Shown here: positions 9,031-21,198 of the stretch, one piece after another
Position numbering within the stretch: the first letter of the stretch is position 1
How the letters are laid out: every line of letters starts with the position of its first letter
NCBI GenBank assembly: GCA_034439815.1
Contig: JAWXBD010000173.1
Span: 1,874-65,873 of the forward strand
Origin: Phycisphaerae bacterium
GTDB lineage: Bacteria > Planctomycetota > Phycisphaerae > Phycisphaerales > SM1A02
Length of the DNA stretch: 64,000 bases
Reading direction: 5' to 3'
Program-made: the position numbers and the translations under genes
Notes under the pieces: generated by a model
Seen by the model: only the letters and a program-made list of their open reading frames with translations
Databases searched by the model: none
Told to the model about the DNA's origin: nothing

Positions 9031-10346
9031 CGACGAATCCGCCACTTGCCCCCGACGCACGTCCCGCACACCGCGCTCGTGCCGACGCCGAAGATCAGAT
9101 GCGATGCAAACGACTCCGGCGTCCATCCCAGCATCGTCACATGATTCAGGTCGACGATCGCCAGATCGGCAAGCATGCCCGGCTGGATGGATCCCGCGTT
9201 CAATCCGAGCGACCGGGCGCCGTTGCGCGTTCCGATCGCGAGCAGTTCTGCGCCGGTGTCGCCATCGCTGCCGACAACGAGGCCGCGCGACTCGTACCGC
9301 AGCCGCTGTACGTATTCGATCCAGCGCAGCTCTTCGGTCGGCGCGATCCGGCTGTTCAGATCGGTGCCGAAGGCGATCGCGCCTCCCGCGCTGCGGAGTG
9401 CCCGGACGTCGCAGATGCCGTCGCCGAGATTGCCTTCGGTCAACGGACAGAGACACACCGTCGCGCCGGTCTTCGCCAGCGCCGTCAGATCGTCCGCGCT
9501 CGTGTGCGTGCAATGCACGGCCGTGAAACGCTGATCCATCGCGAGCCGCTCCAACAGCAGCTCCGTCGGCCGCTTGCCATGTGCACTCTGGCAGTCCGTG
9601 ATCTCCTGCTGCACTTCCTCGACATGCATGTGAAAGACCGCGGCCCGCCGCACACTCTCGCGATGGAGCCGTTCAATCGTGTCGATTGGTACGGCGCGAA
9701 CGCTGTGCGCCGTCGCGCCGACCGTTTGCGTGGAGTCGCGGCAGGCTGCGGCCAGCGCGTCAAAACGGTTCCAGTACTCCTGCTCGTCGGTCGTGCGAAA
9801 TCGGAGCTGCCCGCCGGCCAGCGGCTTTCCGAACCCGCCGTCCATGTAGCAGGTGTGCAGCAGAACGATGCGGATCCCGACATCGTGCGCGGCACTGAGG
9901 ACGCTGGCATCGAATGCGTATTGCAGCGTGTCGCCTTCCGACGACGCGTGCCGCAGATAGTGAAACTCGCCGACCGACGTGATTCCCGACGACAGCATCT
10001 CGGCGAAACACTGCCGTGACAGCTCGTAGCACTGCTCGGGTGTCATCGACGCTACGAGCTGATACATCGAGTCGCGCCACGAGAAGAACCCCGTGCCAGT
10101 GCCGCTTTGCCCCCGAAATCGCTCGGTCAGGCCGCGAAGCCCGCGCTGAAATGCGTGCGAGTGGGCGCTGACAAAGCCTGGAATGAGCGCCTTTCCCGGG
10201 AGTCGCAACGTCGACGGGCTGCTTGGCGGCATCACGGAGGTCACGCGCCCGTCACCGCCGATGCCGACGGCGCGACCGCGCTCGAGGCGCCCCCCGGTCC
10301 ACACCCAATCGGCATGCACGAGTTGCTGCGGACGGGAATCACTCAT
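9027..10346 (-). CDS. amidohydrolase superfamily, formimidoylglutamate deiminase (HutF)-like
   Basis: I chose the start at 10346 (MSDSRPQQLVHADWVWTGG...). Metal-binding motif PGFVSAHSHAFQRGLRG; 439 aa, typical for HutF/guanine-deaminase-type enzymes. The longer tracked ORF would overlap the divergent S9 peptidase gene. Confidence 0.75.
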   Translation of the reverse strand: MSDSRPQQLVHADWVWTGGRLERGRAVGIGGDGRVTSVMPPSSPSTLRLPGKALIPGFVSAHSHAFQRGLRGLTERFRGQSGTGTGFFSWRDSMYQLVASMTPEQCYELSRQCFAEMLSSGITSVGEFHYLRHASSEGDTLQYAFDASVLSAAHDVGIRIVLLHTCYMDGGFGKPLAGGQLRFRTTDEQEYWNRFDALAAACRDSTQTVGATAHSVRAVPIDTIERLHRESVRRAAVFHMHVEEVQQEITDCQSAHGKRPTELLLERLAMDQRFTAVHCTHTSADDLTALAKTGATVCLCPLTEGNLGDGICDVRALRSAGGAIAFGTDLNSRIAPTEELRWIEYVQRLRYESRGLVVGSDGDTGAELLAIGTRNGARSLGLNAGSIQPGMLADLAIVDLNHVTMLGWTPESFASHLIFGVGTSAVCGTCVGGKWRIRR

Positions 10347-10439
10347 GCGGGCGATGGTAGCATCGCCGAAGGCACTGTTGGGCCCCTTTCGAAGCCCAAG
10401 GCCGCGCGGCCGCGCACTCCCCGCCATCAGATCAACCAC

Positions 10440-12617
<2,178 letters not shown>

Positions 12618-12651
12618 GCGCATCCGACGCTTGCCTTACACTCCAACTCCA

Positions 12652-13275
12652 ATGCAGAAACCTGATCCCCCAAAAGCGCTCCAAGATGCCCTCACCGATC
12701 CGAAGTCGCTGGCAGCAATGCAGCATGTGCGGGCGATCCTTGAGTACATCGGTGAGGACCCAGACCGTGAAGGGCTGATCGATACGCCGAAGCGCGTGGT
12801 GAAGGCGTGGCAGGAGCACTTTTACGGATATCACGAAGATCCGCTCGCGCCGCTCGCTCGGACATTCACCGAAATCGAAGACTACGACGAGCTCGTGCTG
12901 CTGCAGGACATCGAAGTGCACAGCCACTGTGAGCATCACATGGTGCCGTTCGTCGGCAAGGCCCATGTCGGCTACATCCCCAACGGCAAGGTGACAGGAC
13001 TCTCAAAGCTCGCGCGCGTCGTGGAAATCTATTCAAAGCGGCTGCAGGTCCAGGAAAAGCTGACCGCGCAGATCGCGGGCGCCATCTGGAAGGCGCTGGA
13101 GCCTCACGGCGTTGCTGTCGTGATTCAGGCGCGCCACTTCTGCATGTGTTACCGGGGTGTGCGCCAGCCCAGCGCCGTCACGACCACCAGCAAACTGCAC
13201 GGGATCTTCTTGACGAATCCGGCCGCGCGGGCCGAGTTTTTCACGTTGCTCAAGATGCGGCCGGGCGGAAACTGA
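12652..13275 (+). CDS. folE: GTP cyclohydrolase I
   Basis: I chose the start at 12652 (MQKPDPPK...). Motifs [64 protein letters not shown]. Confidence 0.93.
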   Translation: MQKPDPPKALQDALTDPKSLAAMQHVRAILEYIGEDPDREGLIDTPKRVVKAWQEHFYGYHEDPLAPLARTFTEIEDYDELVLLQDIEVHSHCEHHMVPFVGKAHVGYIPNGKVTGLSKLARVVEIYSKRLQVQEKLTAQIAGAIWKALEPHGVAVVIQARHFCMCYRGVRQPSAVTTTSKLHGIFLTNPAARAEFFTLLKMRPGGN

Positions 13276-15043
13276 TGCGCCGGCACCGATGGCGCACTGG
13301 GCCGCTGTGCCCGGCCAGAAACTCCAGCTGCTCATTCATGCGCGCCGGCTGCAGCGCCCGCTTTCCGATCGTGTAACGAATCTCGCCTTCGGCGCCGAGG
13401 ATGATCGTGACGCCGCCGTACAGCGTCACTGCCGTCTTCCGCCCGGGGCGCCTCACCTCGACGGACTGCACGACTTCTGCAACGAGATCGAACGCGACAG
13501 TCCCCTGCGGACCGACGCGGCGCAGGCTGCGGATCGACTCGATCGTCGGACGATCGACGAGATGCCCTTCCTTCGAGCGACCCGGCTTCTCGAGTCCGAA
13601 CGCCGCGAGCCGTCCGTCGCTGATGTACGCACCAAGTACTTCACCCTGTCGAATCAGTTCCGCTTCGCCCGCCGGTCGCCCGGGCTCGCCATTGAACCGC
13701 AAATCCCCGAACGAAAGTCCGCGGATCATGCGCTCAGGCAGTCGAAACGGCCGCCAGAGCAGCGCCTCTTCCGAGAGCGTCGGCACGTGCCGCGGGTAGA
13801 TCGCGCGGCGCCGAAACGCCGCGATAATGGACTCGCGATAACCCCACGGATCGTCAGGAACGAGATCGTGGTCCGCGGTGATGAGCGCCCGCACGTATTC
13901 GCCAAGCTCGATGTTCACCGGCGGGCAATAGTCAATCGCACGGATGCAGATATTCAGGAACTGCGTGGCGACGCGCGCCGCCTCATCGGTCACGAGCTCG
14001 ATGAGCTCATGCGGCAACTGTCCTTCGGGGTACACGCCGGTCCCGCCCGAACCGAGCCGCATGAACGACTGCACGCGCCGCTGCACGATGCGCGTAAACG
14101 CTTCGAAGACCGAGCCAAGCAGCAGCTCGCCGAGATCATGCGCGTCGAGTGCTTTGCTGTACTGCTTGATCGGAGTGTCGCTGTCCCCCGCTGCCTCGAC
14201 CGCGTGGCGGAGCGCGTTGCCTGCGCCGACCGCGGTTCCGAACTGCGCCGCCACGCGCGAGAGTACGGATTCGCGCGACAGATCACCGCGCACGCCGGCG
14301 ACCGCCTCACGCAGAACTCCTCGATGCGTGAGTCGGTGAAAAATGGCGACGACGTCGGAGAATCCTTCGTGAAACCCGTCGACATCCTTGCTGGTCGACA
14401 GCGCGAAGCCGGGTCGCATGCCGTCGAGAAACGCGTGCGACAGTTCGTGCGCGACCACGTCGTGCGAAAGGCACGTGAAGATCCACTCGCGCGCGTGCTG
14501 CCGTGAACCGTCGCTCCCCGCTGACTGGAAATATCCGAACGCGACCTCGCCGTTCTCACGGTCGTAATACGCATTGTCCTCGTTGAACGCATGCGGACGC
14601 AGCCGCAGCGTCTTGCCTGGAAATCCCCACGAAGGATCACGACCGAGTGCGGTCTGAAACGTCGCGTACAACCGCGCTGCCACCGCGTACACCATCTGCT
14701 GATGTGACTTGGGCTCGGTGGACGACGGCGCAACACCCGACTGGATCAGCAGGTTTCTCGCCTCAAGATCCACCGGCGCGTAGGTGCGCTGTGCCGAGTC
14801 GTCACGGTCGACGACTTCGATAACCGCGCCGATCGGTCCGGGCAACAGCGGCTCAAATGGAACGTGCGCCTCCGTCACGCAGCCTTCAAAGCGTGACACC
14901 GCCGGATCGACGGCGAAGATGCGCAACCGACGAAACGGAGGATCATCCGCAGCGCGTCGATACGGTCGAATGTCGGCGGGCCACGTCAGTCGCGCGCCGA
15001 GCCGGAATCCTCTCGACGCAGCGGGCTTCACGGAGTGCTTCAT
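13250..15043 (-). CDS. cytoplasmic thermolysin-like (gluzincin, M4-like) zinc metallopeptidase with extra N- and C-terminal domains
   Basis: I chose the start at 15043 ([10 protein letters not shown]...), 13 nt after the upstream gene's stop. The motif order matches thermolysin: [27 protein letters not shown] (HELSH at nt 14435-14449), then [13 protein letters not shown] as the candidate third Zn ligand Glu. No signal peptide is visible. The 3' end overlaps convergent folE by 26 nt. Confidence 0.75.
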   Translation of the reverse strand: MKHSVKPAASRGFRLGARLTWPADIRPYRRAADDPPFRRLRIFAVDPAVSRFEGCVTEAHVPFEPLLPGPIGAVIEVVDRDDSAQRTYAPVDLEARNLLIQSGVAPSSTEPKSHQQMVYAVAARLYATFQTALGRDPSWGFPGKTLRLRPHAFNEDNAYYDRENGEVAFGYFQSAGSDGSRQHAREWIFTCLSHDVVAHELSHAFLDGMRPGFALSTSKDVDGFHEGFSDVVAIFHRLTHRGVLREAVAGVRGDLSRESVLSRVAAQFGTAVGAGNALRHAVEAAGDSDTPIKQYSKALDAHDLGELLLGSVFEAFTRIVQRRVQSFMRLGSGGTGVYPEGQLPHELIELVTDEAARVATQFLNICIRAIDYCPPVNIELGEYVRALITADHDLVPDDPWGYRESIIAAFRRRAIYPRHVPTLSEEALLWRPFRLPERMIRGLSFGDLRFNGEPGRPAGEAELIRQGEVLGAYISDGRLAAFGLEKPGRSKEGHLVDRPTIESIRSLRRVGPQGTVAFDLVAEVVQSVEVRRPGRKTAVTLYGGVTIILGAEGEIRYTIGKRALQPARMNEQLEFLAGHSGPVRHRCRRISFRPAAS

Positions 15044-15056
15044 GGCGAACTTGGTC

Positions 15057-17456
15057 CTATCGCAGGCGTCGAGCAATCGCTTCCAACGATCGAGCGATCG
15101 CAGCTCGATCGCCAGCACCAAGACTGCTGGATGTCCGTCCAAGAGAAGTGCGGCCGTCGCGCGTCGGAGCGAGCAGCGGCAGGGATCGCCGTTCGTCTCC
15201 GCAGTGCAGCTCAGGAAGCTGCCGCGCCATCGTACCGAACGCGCTGCGCACTGACTCCAATAGTCCTTCGTTGGTGATCGCCCCGTTTCCAAGTTCGGCT
15301 GTGCTCTTCTGAAGGATCCTGGTGGCGATGCGTGTGAAATCGCCGTGGCCGTTGGACTCCCAGGCGCTCTCGGACGAGCGGCACGCCGAGAAGAAAACTT
15401 CGCTTGCAGCATGCACACCCCGCGCATTGCGCGACGCGCTCATGCCGCGGGCTGCCGCCGCGAGCTGCGCACGAAATGCAACGTGACGGCTGGTGAGCAC
15501 CTCGTTCACGGGAAGGAACCGGCGACGCTGGTCGGTGCAGTCCGCAGGCGCAGCGTCGATGCCCAGCGGCGCCGCGAAGATGCGGTTCATCGTGCCGGAG
15601 TGGCAACAGTCGAAAATGCACGTGATGTTGACGCCGCGCGGCGCAGCGCGAAACACCTCAGCGAGATCGTCGTCGATGACAAACGCGCCGGCCTCGTAGT
15701 CGAACGGCACCATCGCTTCGTCAAAGCCCGGCGTGTCGCCGTCGGCCTCGTCACCATCCACATCGCGGATGCGCGTTCCGTGACCGGCGTACTGCATCAC
15801 GACTACATCGCCGGCGGTCGCCGAACGCAGAATTCCGCGCATCGCGGCCAGGATTCCTTCGCGCGTGGCCTCTGCGTCGAGAAGCGGCGCGCGAACGTCA
15901 AATCCGAGTTGCGCCAATGTCTCGTGCCAGAGCCGCGCATCCGCGACGCATCCGGACAACGGACTGGCGCTGTAGCGGTTGATGCCGATACAGAGTGCGA
16001 GCCGCTTGCCTCCAGGCGGCGCGTCCTCTGCTTCGTCATCCTGCGAATCGACAACAGGGTCCACCGTCACGGTCGGTCCGCGATGCGCCGGTACATCAAT
16101 TCCGCGGCGATCCATTTCTTCGCGCAGATCCTGCTCCACATCAAACGTCCGCGCGGCTGCTGGTGCGAATCCGATGATCGACGTCGCATCCGCGCCGAGC
16201 ACGTGGCGCAGCACACTGTTCATCGTCGCCGGATCATCGTCGAAGGCACCGTGCGCAGTCGCTTCGGTCACTCCCGGCGCCGTTCCGGAAAACGCGATGT
16301 CGCCGGGGGGATTCGTGGCATTCGCGAGACCGAACAACCGGGCGACGTCGCCATTGCGACGAAGACTTTCTTCGAGCCCGAGAATCTCCGTGCCAGACTC
16401 CGCCTCGAGCGATGCGCGAATCAGGTACAGCAGCGACTTCTGATAGGGACCACAGTTGTCGGCGCGCTCCAGGTCGCGCGCCATCGTGAACATCTTGACG
16501 CGCTTGACCGCAGACCCGACAAGCGGCGCCACACGGGCGCGGAACTCCTCGACGGTGATCGCCGGCGCCATCAGCGTCAGCGTCTGCGCCGCCGGCAATC
16601 CCAGCGACCGCGCAGCCTGCAGCAGGTGCGCGTGCAAGATCGAACCGGCGCTATGGCCGACGAGATGGAACTCGATGTCACGATCCGAGCGATCGATCTC
16701 TTCCTGCAACAGTGTGAGTGCGCGTCGTCCTCCACCAGCGGCATCGAACGAGCGCTCGGCGCTGCGCTTCATGCCCGACCAGATTGTCGGACCGCCGAAC
16801 ACCCGCGCCAGCGCTTCCAACACGGGATCGGTGGTCCAGTCCGCGAGATCGCGCCTGCCGAGGGCGCGGCCCGCACTGCCCGTGATGATCTGACTGATCG
16901 TCTCCCAGAATCCGGTCTCCCACACGAAGTGAATCGGATACACGCCATTGGCCATCCACCACGGCGTCTGGTGCGCGGCAATCGTGAGACCCGACTCTTC
17001 GCCGACGAGCCCGCCGTGCGCAAACAGCACGATCCGCGCGGGTCCGGTTCCCCCCGCTGCCAGCCACGCGCGCAGATGTTCGCGAAAGAGCGCGTCCACG
17101 TCTTCTTTCGTCGACGTGAATCGACCGCCCTGCGAGAAGCGTCCCTGATTCAGATTGATGACGTGTGCCCGCAGCTGTGCGAGCGCCGCTGGATCGAGCC
17201 CGTCGGATGCGCGCGGTGCCATCGCTGCTGGAATGGCGAGGCGCTCGACGCCCGCTACCACTGCAGCGGCTTCGGCGGTCGGAACTGCGGGCAGTTCCGC
17301 ATCGGGTGCAAACGGTTGCGACACCGGCGCGTCAGCCGCACGCTTCGCCGCCGTCCGAGCGGCCTTCGATACGGGCGTGTGCGGGGAAGGTGTCGCGGGC
17401 GGCATGATGCGCGGCACGCCGGACGGCGCGGGTTGCTTTCCTTTGCGTTTCGACAT
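15057..17456 (-). CDS. fusion protein: basic/Pro-rich N-terminus, alpha/beta-hydrolase (GxSxG lipase/esterase-like) domain, then a caspase-like peptidase C14 domain
   Basis: 799 aa. The hydrolase part reads IVLFAHGGLVGEESG ... HLVGHSAGS, with the Ser269 codon at 16650-16652. An acidic linker DSQDDEAEDAPPGG follows. The caspase part reads LALCIGINRY, QYAGHG (His559, nt 15780-15782), FDCCHSG (Cys618, nt 15603-15605) and FSACRSSESAWE...GHGDFT. No signal peptide is visible. Confidence 0.8.
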   Translation of the reverse strand: MSKRKGKQPAPSGVPRIMPPATPSPHTPVSKAARTAAKRAADAPVSQPFAPDAELPAVPTAEAAAVVAGVERLAIPAAMAPRASDGLDPAALAQLRAHVINLNQGRFSQGGRFTSTKEDVDALFREHLRAWLAAGGTGPARIVLFAHGGLVGEESGLTIAAHQTPWWMANGVYPIHFVWETGFWETISQIITGSAGRALGRRDLADWTTDPVLEALARVFGGPTIWSGMKRSAERSFDAAGGGRRALTLLQEEIDRSDRDIEFHLVGHSAGSILHAHLLQAARSLGLPAAQTLTLMAPAITVEEFRARVAPLVGSAVKRVKMFTMARDLERADNCGPYQKSLLYLIRASLEAESGTEILGLEESLRRNGDVARLFGLANATNPPGDIAFSGTAPGVTEATAHGAFDDDPATMNSVLRHVLGADATSIIGFAPAAARTFDVEQDLREEMDRRGIDVPAHRGPTVTVDPVVDSQDDEAEDAPPGGKRLALCIGINRYSASPLSGCVADARLWHETLAQLGFDVRAPLLDAEATREGILAAMRGILRSATAGDVVVMQYAGHGTRIRDVDGDEADGDTPGFDEAMVPFDYEAGAFVIDDDLAEVFRAAPRGVNITCIFDCCHSGTMNRIFAAPLGIDAAPADCTDQRRRFLPVNEVLTSRHVAFRAQLAAAARGMSASRNARGVHAASEVFFSACRSSESAWESNGHGDFTRIATRILQKSTAELGNGAITNEGLLESVRSAFGTMARQLPELHCGDERRSLPLLAPTRDGRTSLGRTSSSLGAGDRAAIARSLEAIARRLR

Positions 17457-17507
17457 TGCGTATTCCTGAAGGCGTGTCGTGAGGAGCGAGGCGAGAGAGG
17501 GACAGCG

Positions 17508-18197
17508 TCATGCCCGACCATACACGGGCAGCAAGGCGCCGCTCGTCACCGTGTTCGCGGGCGCTGCGAGAGACACGATCATCTGCGTGACGTCATCGAG
17601 GAGGGGCCAAGATGCATGATCGGCATCTGGCATTGCGGCGCGATTCGCGGGCGTGTTGAGGATGGACGGCAGGATCGCGTTGACGAGGATGCGGTCTTCG
17701 CGCACTTCTTCAGCGAGCGACTGCGTGATCGACGCCACGGCTGCCTTACTCATGCTGTAGGCGATCATGCCGCCCACGGGACGCACGGCGGGCCGGGCGG
17801 CGACGTTGACGATCCGCCCTCCTCGCCCGGCGCTGCGCATGCGGCGTACCGCTTCACGGCAGCAGTAAAAGCAGGTCATCGCATTCATCTGCATCATCCG
17901 CTCGACATCGGCGCCGGTCGTCTCGAGAATCGGCGCCATCGCGAAACCGCCGGCGAGGTGAATCGAGACCCCCAGGTCGGGCAGCGACCGATAGAACGAG
18001 TTGACTTCGGACTCGGAGCGGAGATCGACCTTCGACGTCGTGTATGCGCCCCCCGTAAAGGACGGCGCCGCGGAGTCCGTCTCGTCGAACCACGGCACAT
18101 GCACGTGGGAACCTGCGGCGAGCAGGCGCGCCACGACCGCATGACCGAGCGCTCCCGCTCCCCCCGTCACGACCGCATGCACTCCATCAAACCTCAT
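17508..18197 (-). CDS. short-chain dehydrogenase/reductase (SDR) family oxidoreductase
   Basis: I chose the start at 18197 (MRFDGVHAVVTGGAGALGHAV...). TGxxGxxG Rossmann motif and an SDR-like YSMSKAA catalytic region. The stop is 51 nt upstream of the caspase-fusion gene on the same strand. Confidence 0.85.
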   Translation of the reverse strand: MRFDGVHAVVTGGAGALGHAVVARLLAAGSHVHVPWFDETDSAAPSFTGGAYTTSKVDLRSESEVNSFYRSLPDLGVSIHLAGGFAMAPILETTGADVERMMQMNAMTCFYCCREAVRRMRSAGRGGRIVNVAARPAVRPVGGMIAYSMSKAAVASITQSLAEEVREDRILVNAILPSILNTPANRAAMPDADHASWPLLDDVTQMIVSLAAPANTVTSGALLPVYGRA

Positions 18198-18358
18198 GTT
18201 CAAAGCCCTCTTCGCTCGCTCGCGTTCCGTCTGTCGCTCAAACACCGCAAACGGACCACGCGGCAGCGCGCTGAAACGGTACCATCTCCGCTCTTTCGCT
18301 CGAACGTCCCGAAGCATCCACCAACGTTCCCATACGCGAACCGCCGCGAGATCCGATC

Positions 18359-19888
18359 ATGACCCGCCCGCCCGTCCGCATGGACGACATCGTTTCTCTC
18401 TGCCGCCGCCGCGGCTTCATCTTCCAGTCTTCCGAAATCTACGGCGGCATCAACGGCTTCTGGGATTACGGTCCGCTCGGCGCCGAGCTCAAGCGGAATC
18501 TCAAGAACGCGTGGTGGAATGACATCGTGCAGCGCGAACTGCCCGGTCCCGACGGCCAGCCGGTCGACGTGGTGGGGCTCGACTGCACCATCATCATGAA
18601 TCCGAAGACGTGGGTCGCGAGCGGCCACGTGGGCGGCTTCAACGACCCGATGATCGATTGCCGCGAAAGCAAGGCCCGGTACCGCGCGGATCACGTGGTC
18701 GTGCTCGGTGCGGTCGAGGCGGGCGCACGGCTCTATGCGTTCATTCAGGGCGATGAAGAGCAGGAAGCGAAGGCTGTCAAAGCGCTCACGCGGTATGAGA
18801 AGCGGGAGGCCCTGGACGCCGCGCGGCACGTTGTCCGCCCATTCAGCGCGATTTCGGCCGAGGAGCGGAGCCGCGCGGTCGGTCCGGACGCGCGCGAGGC
18901 AGGAACGCTGACGGAACCTCGGCAGTTCAACCTGATGTTTGAGACCTACTGCGGCGCGGTGCGCGACGACGACTCCAAGGCATACCTCCGTCCCGAAACG
19001 GCGCAGGGCATCTTTGTGAACTTCTGGAACGTGATCGACACATCGCGCGTGAAGATTCCATTCGGAATCGCCCAGATCGGCAAGGCGTTCCGCAACGAGG
19101 TGACGCCGCGCAATTTCACATTCCGAAGCCGGGAGTTTGAACAGATGGAGATTGAATTCTTCATCCATCCCGATACGGCGAACGAGTGGTATGCATTCTG
19201 GCGCGATTATCGATATCGCTGGTGGCAGTCGATCGGTCTGGCGGGAAGCAATCTCCAGCTGCGCGAACATGATCGCGACGAGCTCGCGCATTACGCAAAG
19301 GAAGGTGCCGGCACGAGCGACATCGAATACAAGTTTCCGTTTACCGATCCGGGCTTCGGTGAGCTCGAGGGCATTGCCCACCGCGCCGACTTCGACCTCA
19401 AGGCCCACGCGAACGCCTGTGGCAAGGGCGACAAGCTGAAGTATTTCGATCAGGCGAAGGCCGAGCGCTACTTCCCGCACGTCATTGAGCCGTCGGCAGG
19501 CGCGGATCGCGGCGTGCTCGCCCTGCTGTGCGAGGCGTACACCCCGGACGAAAGCCGCCCGAGCAAGGTGTTCATGAACTTCAACCCGCGCATGGCACCG
19601 ATCAAGGGCGGCGTCTATCCGCTCGTCAACAAGGACGGCATGCCGGAAGTCGCGGAAAGGCTGTTCCGCGATCTGCGCAAGACATGGTCCGTCGAGATGG
19701 ATGAAAAGCAGGCGATCGGCAAGCGCTATGCCCGCATGGACGAAGCCGGCACGCCGTTCTGTTTCACGATCGACGGCGAGACACTCACTGCCAACACCGT
19801 CACCGTGCGCCATCGCGATACACAGGCCCAGGAACGAATCGCGATCGACCAGGTCCGCACGTTTATGAGCAGTCACATCGGCGCGTAA
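18359..19888 (+). CDS. glyQS: glycine--tRNA ligase (homodimeric GlyQS type)
   Basis: 509 aa. IVSLCRRRGFIFQSSEIYGGINGFWDYGPLGAELKRN, RPETAQGIFVNF, FRNEVTPRNFTFRSREFEQMEIEFF and a class II core. Confidence 0.95.
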   Translation: MTRPPVRMDDIVSLCRRRGFIFQSSEIYGGINGFWDYGPLGAELKRNLKNAWWNDIVQRELPGPDGQPVDVVGLDCTIIMNPKTWVASGHVGGFNDPMIDCRESKARYRADHVVVLGAVEAGARLYAFIQGDEEQEAKAVKALTRYEKREALDAARHVVRPFSAISAEERSRAVGPDAREAGTLTEPRQFNLMFETYCGAVRDDDSKAYLRPETAQGIFVNFWNVIDTSRVKIPFGIAQIGKAFRNEVTPRNFTFRSREFEQMEIEFFIHPDTANEWYAFWRDYRYRWWQSIGLAGSNLQLREHDRDELAHYAKEGAGTSDIEYKFPFTDPGFGELEGIAHRADFDLKAHANACGKGDKLKYFDQAKAERYFPHVIEPSAGADRGVLALLCEAYTPDESRPSKVFMNFNPRMAPIKGGVYPLVNKDGMPEVAERLFRDLRKTWSVEMDEKQAIGKRYARMDEAGTPFCFTIDGETLTANTVTVRHRDTQAQERIAIDQVRTFMSSHIGA

Positions 19889-19900
19889 CAAAAACAGAAC

Positions 19901-19926
19901 GGGGCCGACGATCGCTCGTCGGCCCC
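19901..19926. terminator. intrinsic terminator hairpin between convergent glyQS and the pilin gene
   Basis: Perfect 11-bp stem ggggccgacga/tcgtcggcccc with a 4-nt loop. On the minus strand it is followed by guucuguuuuug (U-run). An A-run precedes it on the plus strand. Confidence 0.65.
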
Positions 19927-19987
19927 AGGTCTGTCATTCAGCGCAGAGCCAGCGTGCGCCCCGAGGGCGCTACCGGAGCACTATCAA

Positions 19988-20503
19988 TCAATACACATTG
20001 TATTTCTTGCCGGCGCCATCGACTTCGGCGTCGGCGCAGTTCGCGGTGACCGTGCCGGTTGCCGCGGTGTAGACCCAGCCACCCGCGCCACCGAGCGTGG
20101 CGACGAAGGCCGTCTCACCCTTCTTGGCACCGACGCTGAGCGCCGGAATCGTGCGGACGTACGGACCGTAGATGACGCCCGTGGCGACATCGCGTGCGCC
20201 GAACGTCGTGCCTGCGAGGTTCGAGTACTGCGTGAGGGCGTTCGTGAGATCGCCGATCGCCGGATAGGTCTGACCATGCTCCGCGGCAAACATCTCGATG
20301 CCGTTGCGGATCACGGAGAGGTTTGCGGCCAGCGCATTCTCGCCAGCGGCACTCGCGCCGCGGCTGAGCCGCGGTACAGCGATCGCGGCGAGGACCCCGA
20401 TGATCACGATGACGATGACGAGCTCGATCAGGCTGAACGCTCGCAGCCGACGGATGCTCTGGGCTGAACGCGAGGAAAACGTGTGAAGAGCCGCACTGTA
20501 CAT
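19988..20503 (-). CDS. major type IV pilin / GspG-like pseudopilin (prepilin-type N-terminal methylation domain)
   Basis: I chose the start at 20503, with a GGAGG RBS 5 nt upstream. The leader ends ...IRRLRA, followed by FSLIELVIVIVIIGVLAAIAVP with Glu at +5. It is the last gene of the pilus gene string. Confidence 0.85.
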   Translation of the reverse strand: MYSAALHTFSSRSAQSIRRLRAFSLIELVIVIVIIGVLAAIAVPRLSRGASAAGENALAANLSVIRNGIEMFAAEHGQTYPAIGDLTNALTQYSNLAGTTFGARDVATGVIYGPYVRTIPALSVGAKKGETAFVATLGGAGGWVYTAATGTVTANCADAEVDGAGKKYNVY

Positions 20504-20640
20504 ATCGCCTCCTGAAGTCATTCTTTCGCCGGTTTCGCGCCGGCCGTTATGCACTCATCGGAGTTCCACCGACCCGACTTCGGTGATTGCCGCGCTATTG
20601 GGCGGAAGAAGAACCTCGTTTCGCGGGGCGAGTGCAGGCG

Positions 20641-21171
20641 TTAACGGACGCGCCGCTCGACATTCATGCCGTCCCGCGCAAAGACGACGGCGCCTTCACT
20701 GATGCCGGCGACGGTCCATCCGTCGATTTCGCCCGCGAGCGGCACCGTCTTCCCGTTCACGATGGCTGCGGGGCGCTGGCCGGTGAGGACGGCGGTCACC
20801 TGCGGCGCGTCCACGACCACGGGGGCGCTCTCCACGGTCTCGACGACTTCCACCGGCGGCGGCCGACGGAACGCCTCATCAAGCGCCGCAAGATTCGAGT
20901 GATCCTGGACCTGATTCTGGACACCCATGGCCCGGAGCTGGTCGGCGAGGCGCGCCATCGCGATCTGCTCGCTCGAAAGCGTCGCGGCGACCGGCGCCTG
21001 CGTCGGGTTGACCATCAGATCGGAGCCCAGCAGCGCCGCATCGGCGCCGGAGGGACCTGAGACCGCGCCACCCAGCATGAATCGGTCGAGTGCCCAGGCA
21101 CCGACCGCGCACGTCAAGATCGCGACATACACCTTACGTTTACTTGGAGCCGGCATGGACTCAACCATCAC
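20641..21171 (-). CDS. pilus/secretion accessory membrane protein (PilP/GspC-like), hypothetical
   Basis: 176 aa with one N-terminal TM segment (VYVAILTCAVGAWAL). The C-terminal beta-rich segment is VTAVLTGQRPAAIVNGKTVPLAGEIDGWTVAGISEGAVVF, resembling PilP/GspC cores. The assignment rests mainly on its position after PilO. Confidence 0.5.
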   Translation of the reverse strand: MMVESMPAPSKRKVYVAILTCAVGAWALDRFMLGGAVSGPSGADAALLGSDLMVNPTQAPVAATLSSEQIAMARLADQLRAMGVQNQVQDHSNLAALDEAFRRPPPVEVVETVESAPVVVDAPQVTAVLTGQRPAAIVNGKTVPLAGEIDGWTVAGISEGAVVFARDGMNVERRVR

Positions 21172-21198
21172 AAGCGTGCACGTGAAGTCAAGTCAGGA

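Noticed and set aside
9031-9513. N-terminal extensions of tracked ORFs: ROK kinase 9031-9513, HutF-like 10347-10640, S9 peptidase 10107-10439, folE 12493-12651, M4-like 15044-15427, SDR 18198-18317, M20 40578-40691, lipoprotein 44515-44652, csrA 44800-45282, DUF4139 51321-51587, lipoprotein 53985-54164, ParA 63110-63175.
   Set aside because: The extensions are Arg/Pro-rich, overlap neighbouring genes or divergent promoters, and precede internal starts. Those internal starts give canonical family N-termini, signal peptides, lipoboxes or 4-nt stop/start overlaps.
13250-18197. A gasdermin-type pore-forming partner, or an NTPase/STAND, TIR or CHAT partner, next to the caspase-like gene.
   Set aside because: No additional protein-like ORF of 200-300 aa exists between the SDR, the caspase fusion, the M4-like peptidase and folE. 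The only neighbours are those genes. The module is therefore described as a two-gene (possibly three with the SDR) unit and not as a gasdermin system.
20504-20640. A sigma-54 type promoter (TGGCAC-N5-TTGC) upstream of the major pilin gene.
   Set aside because: The closest element is TGGAACTCCGATGAGTGCA. Its GG and GC dinucleotides are separated by 13 nt instead of 10, so it does not fit the -24/-12 geometry.
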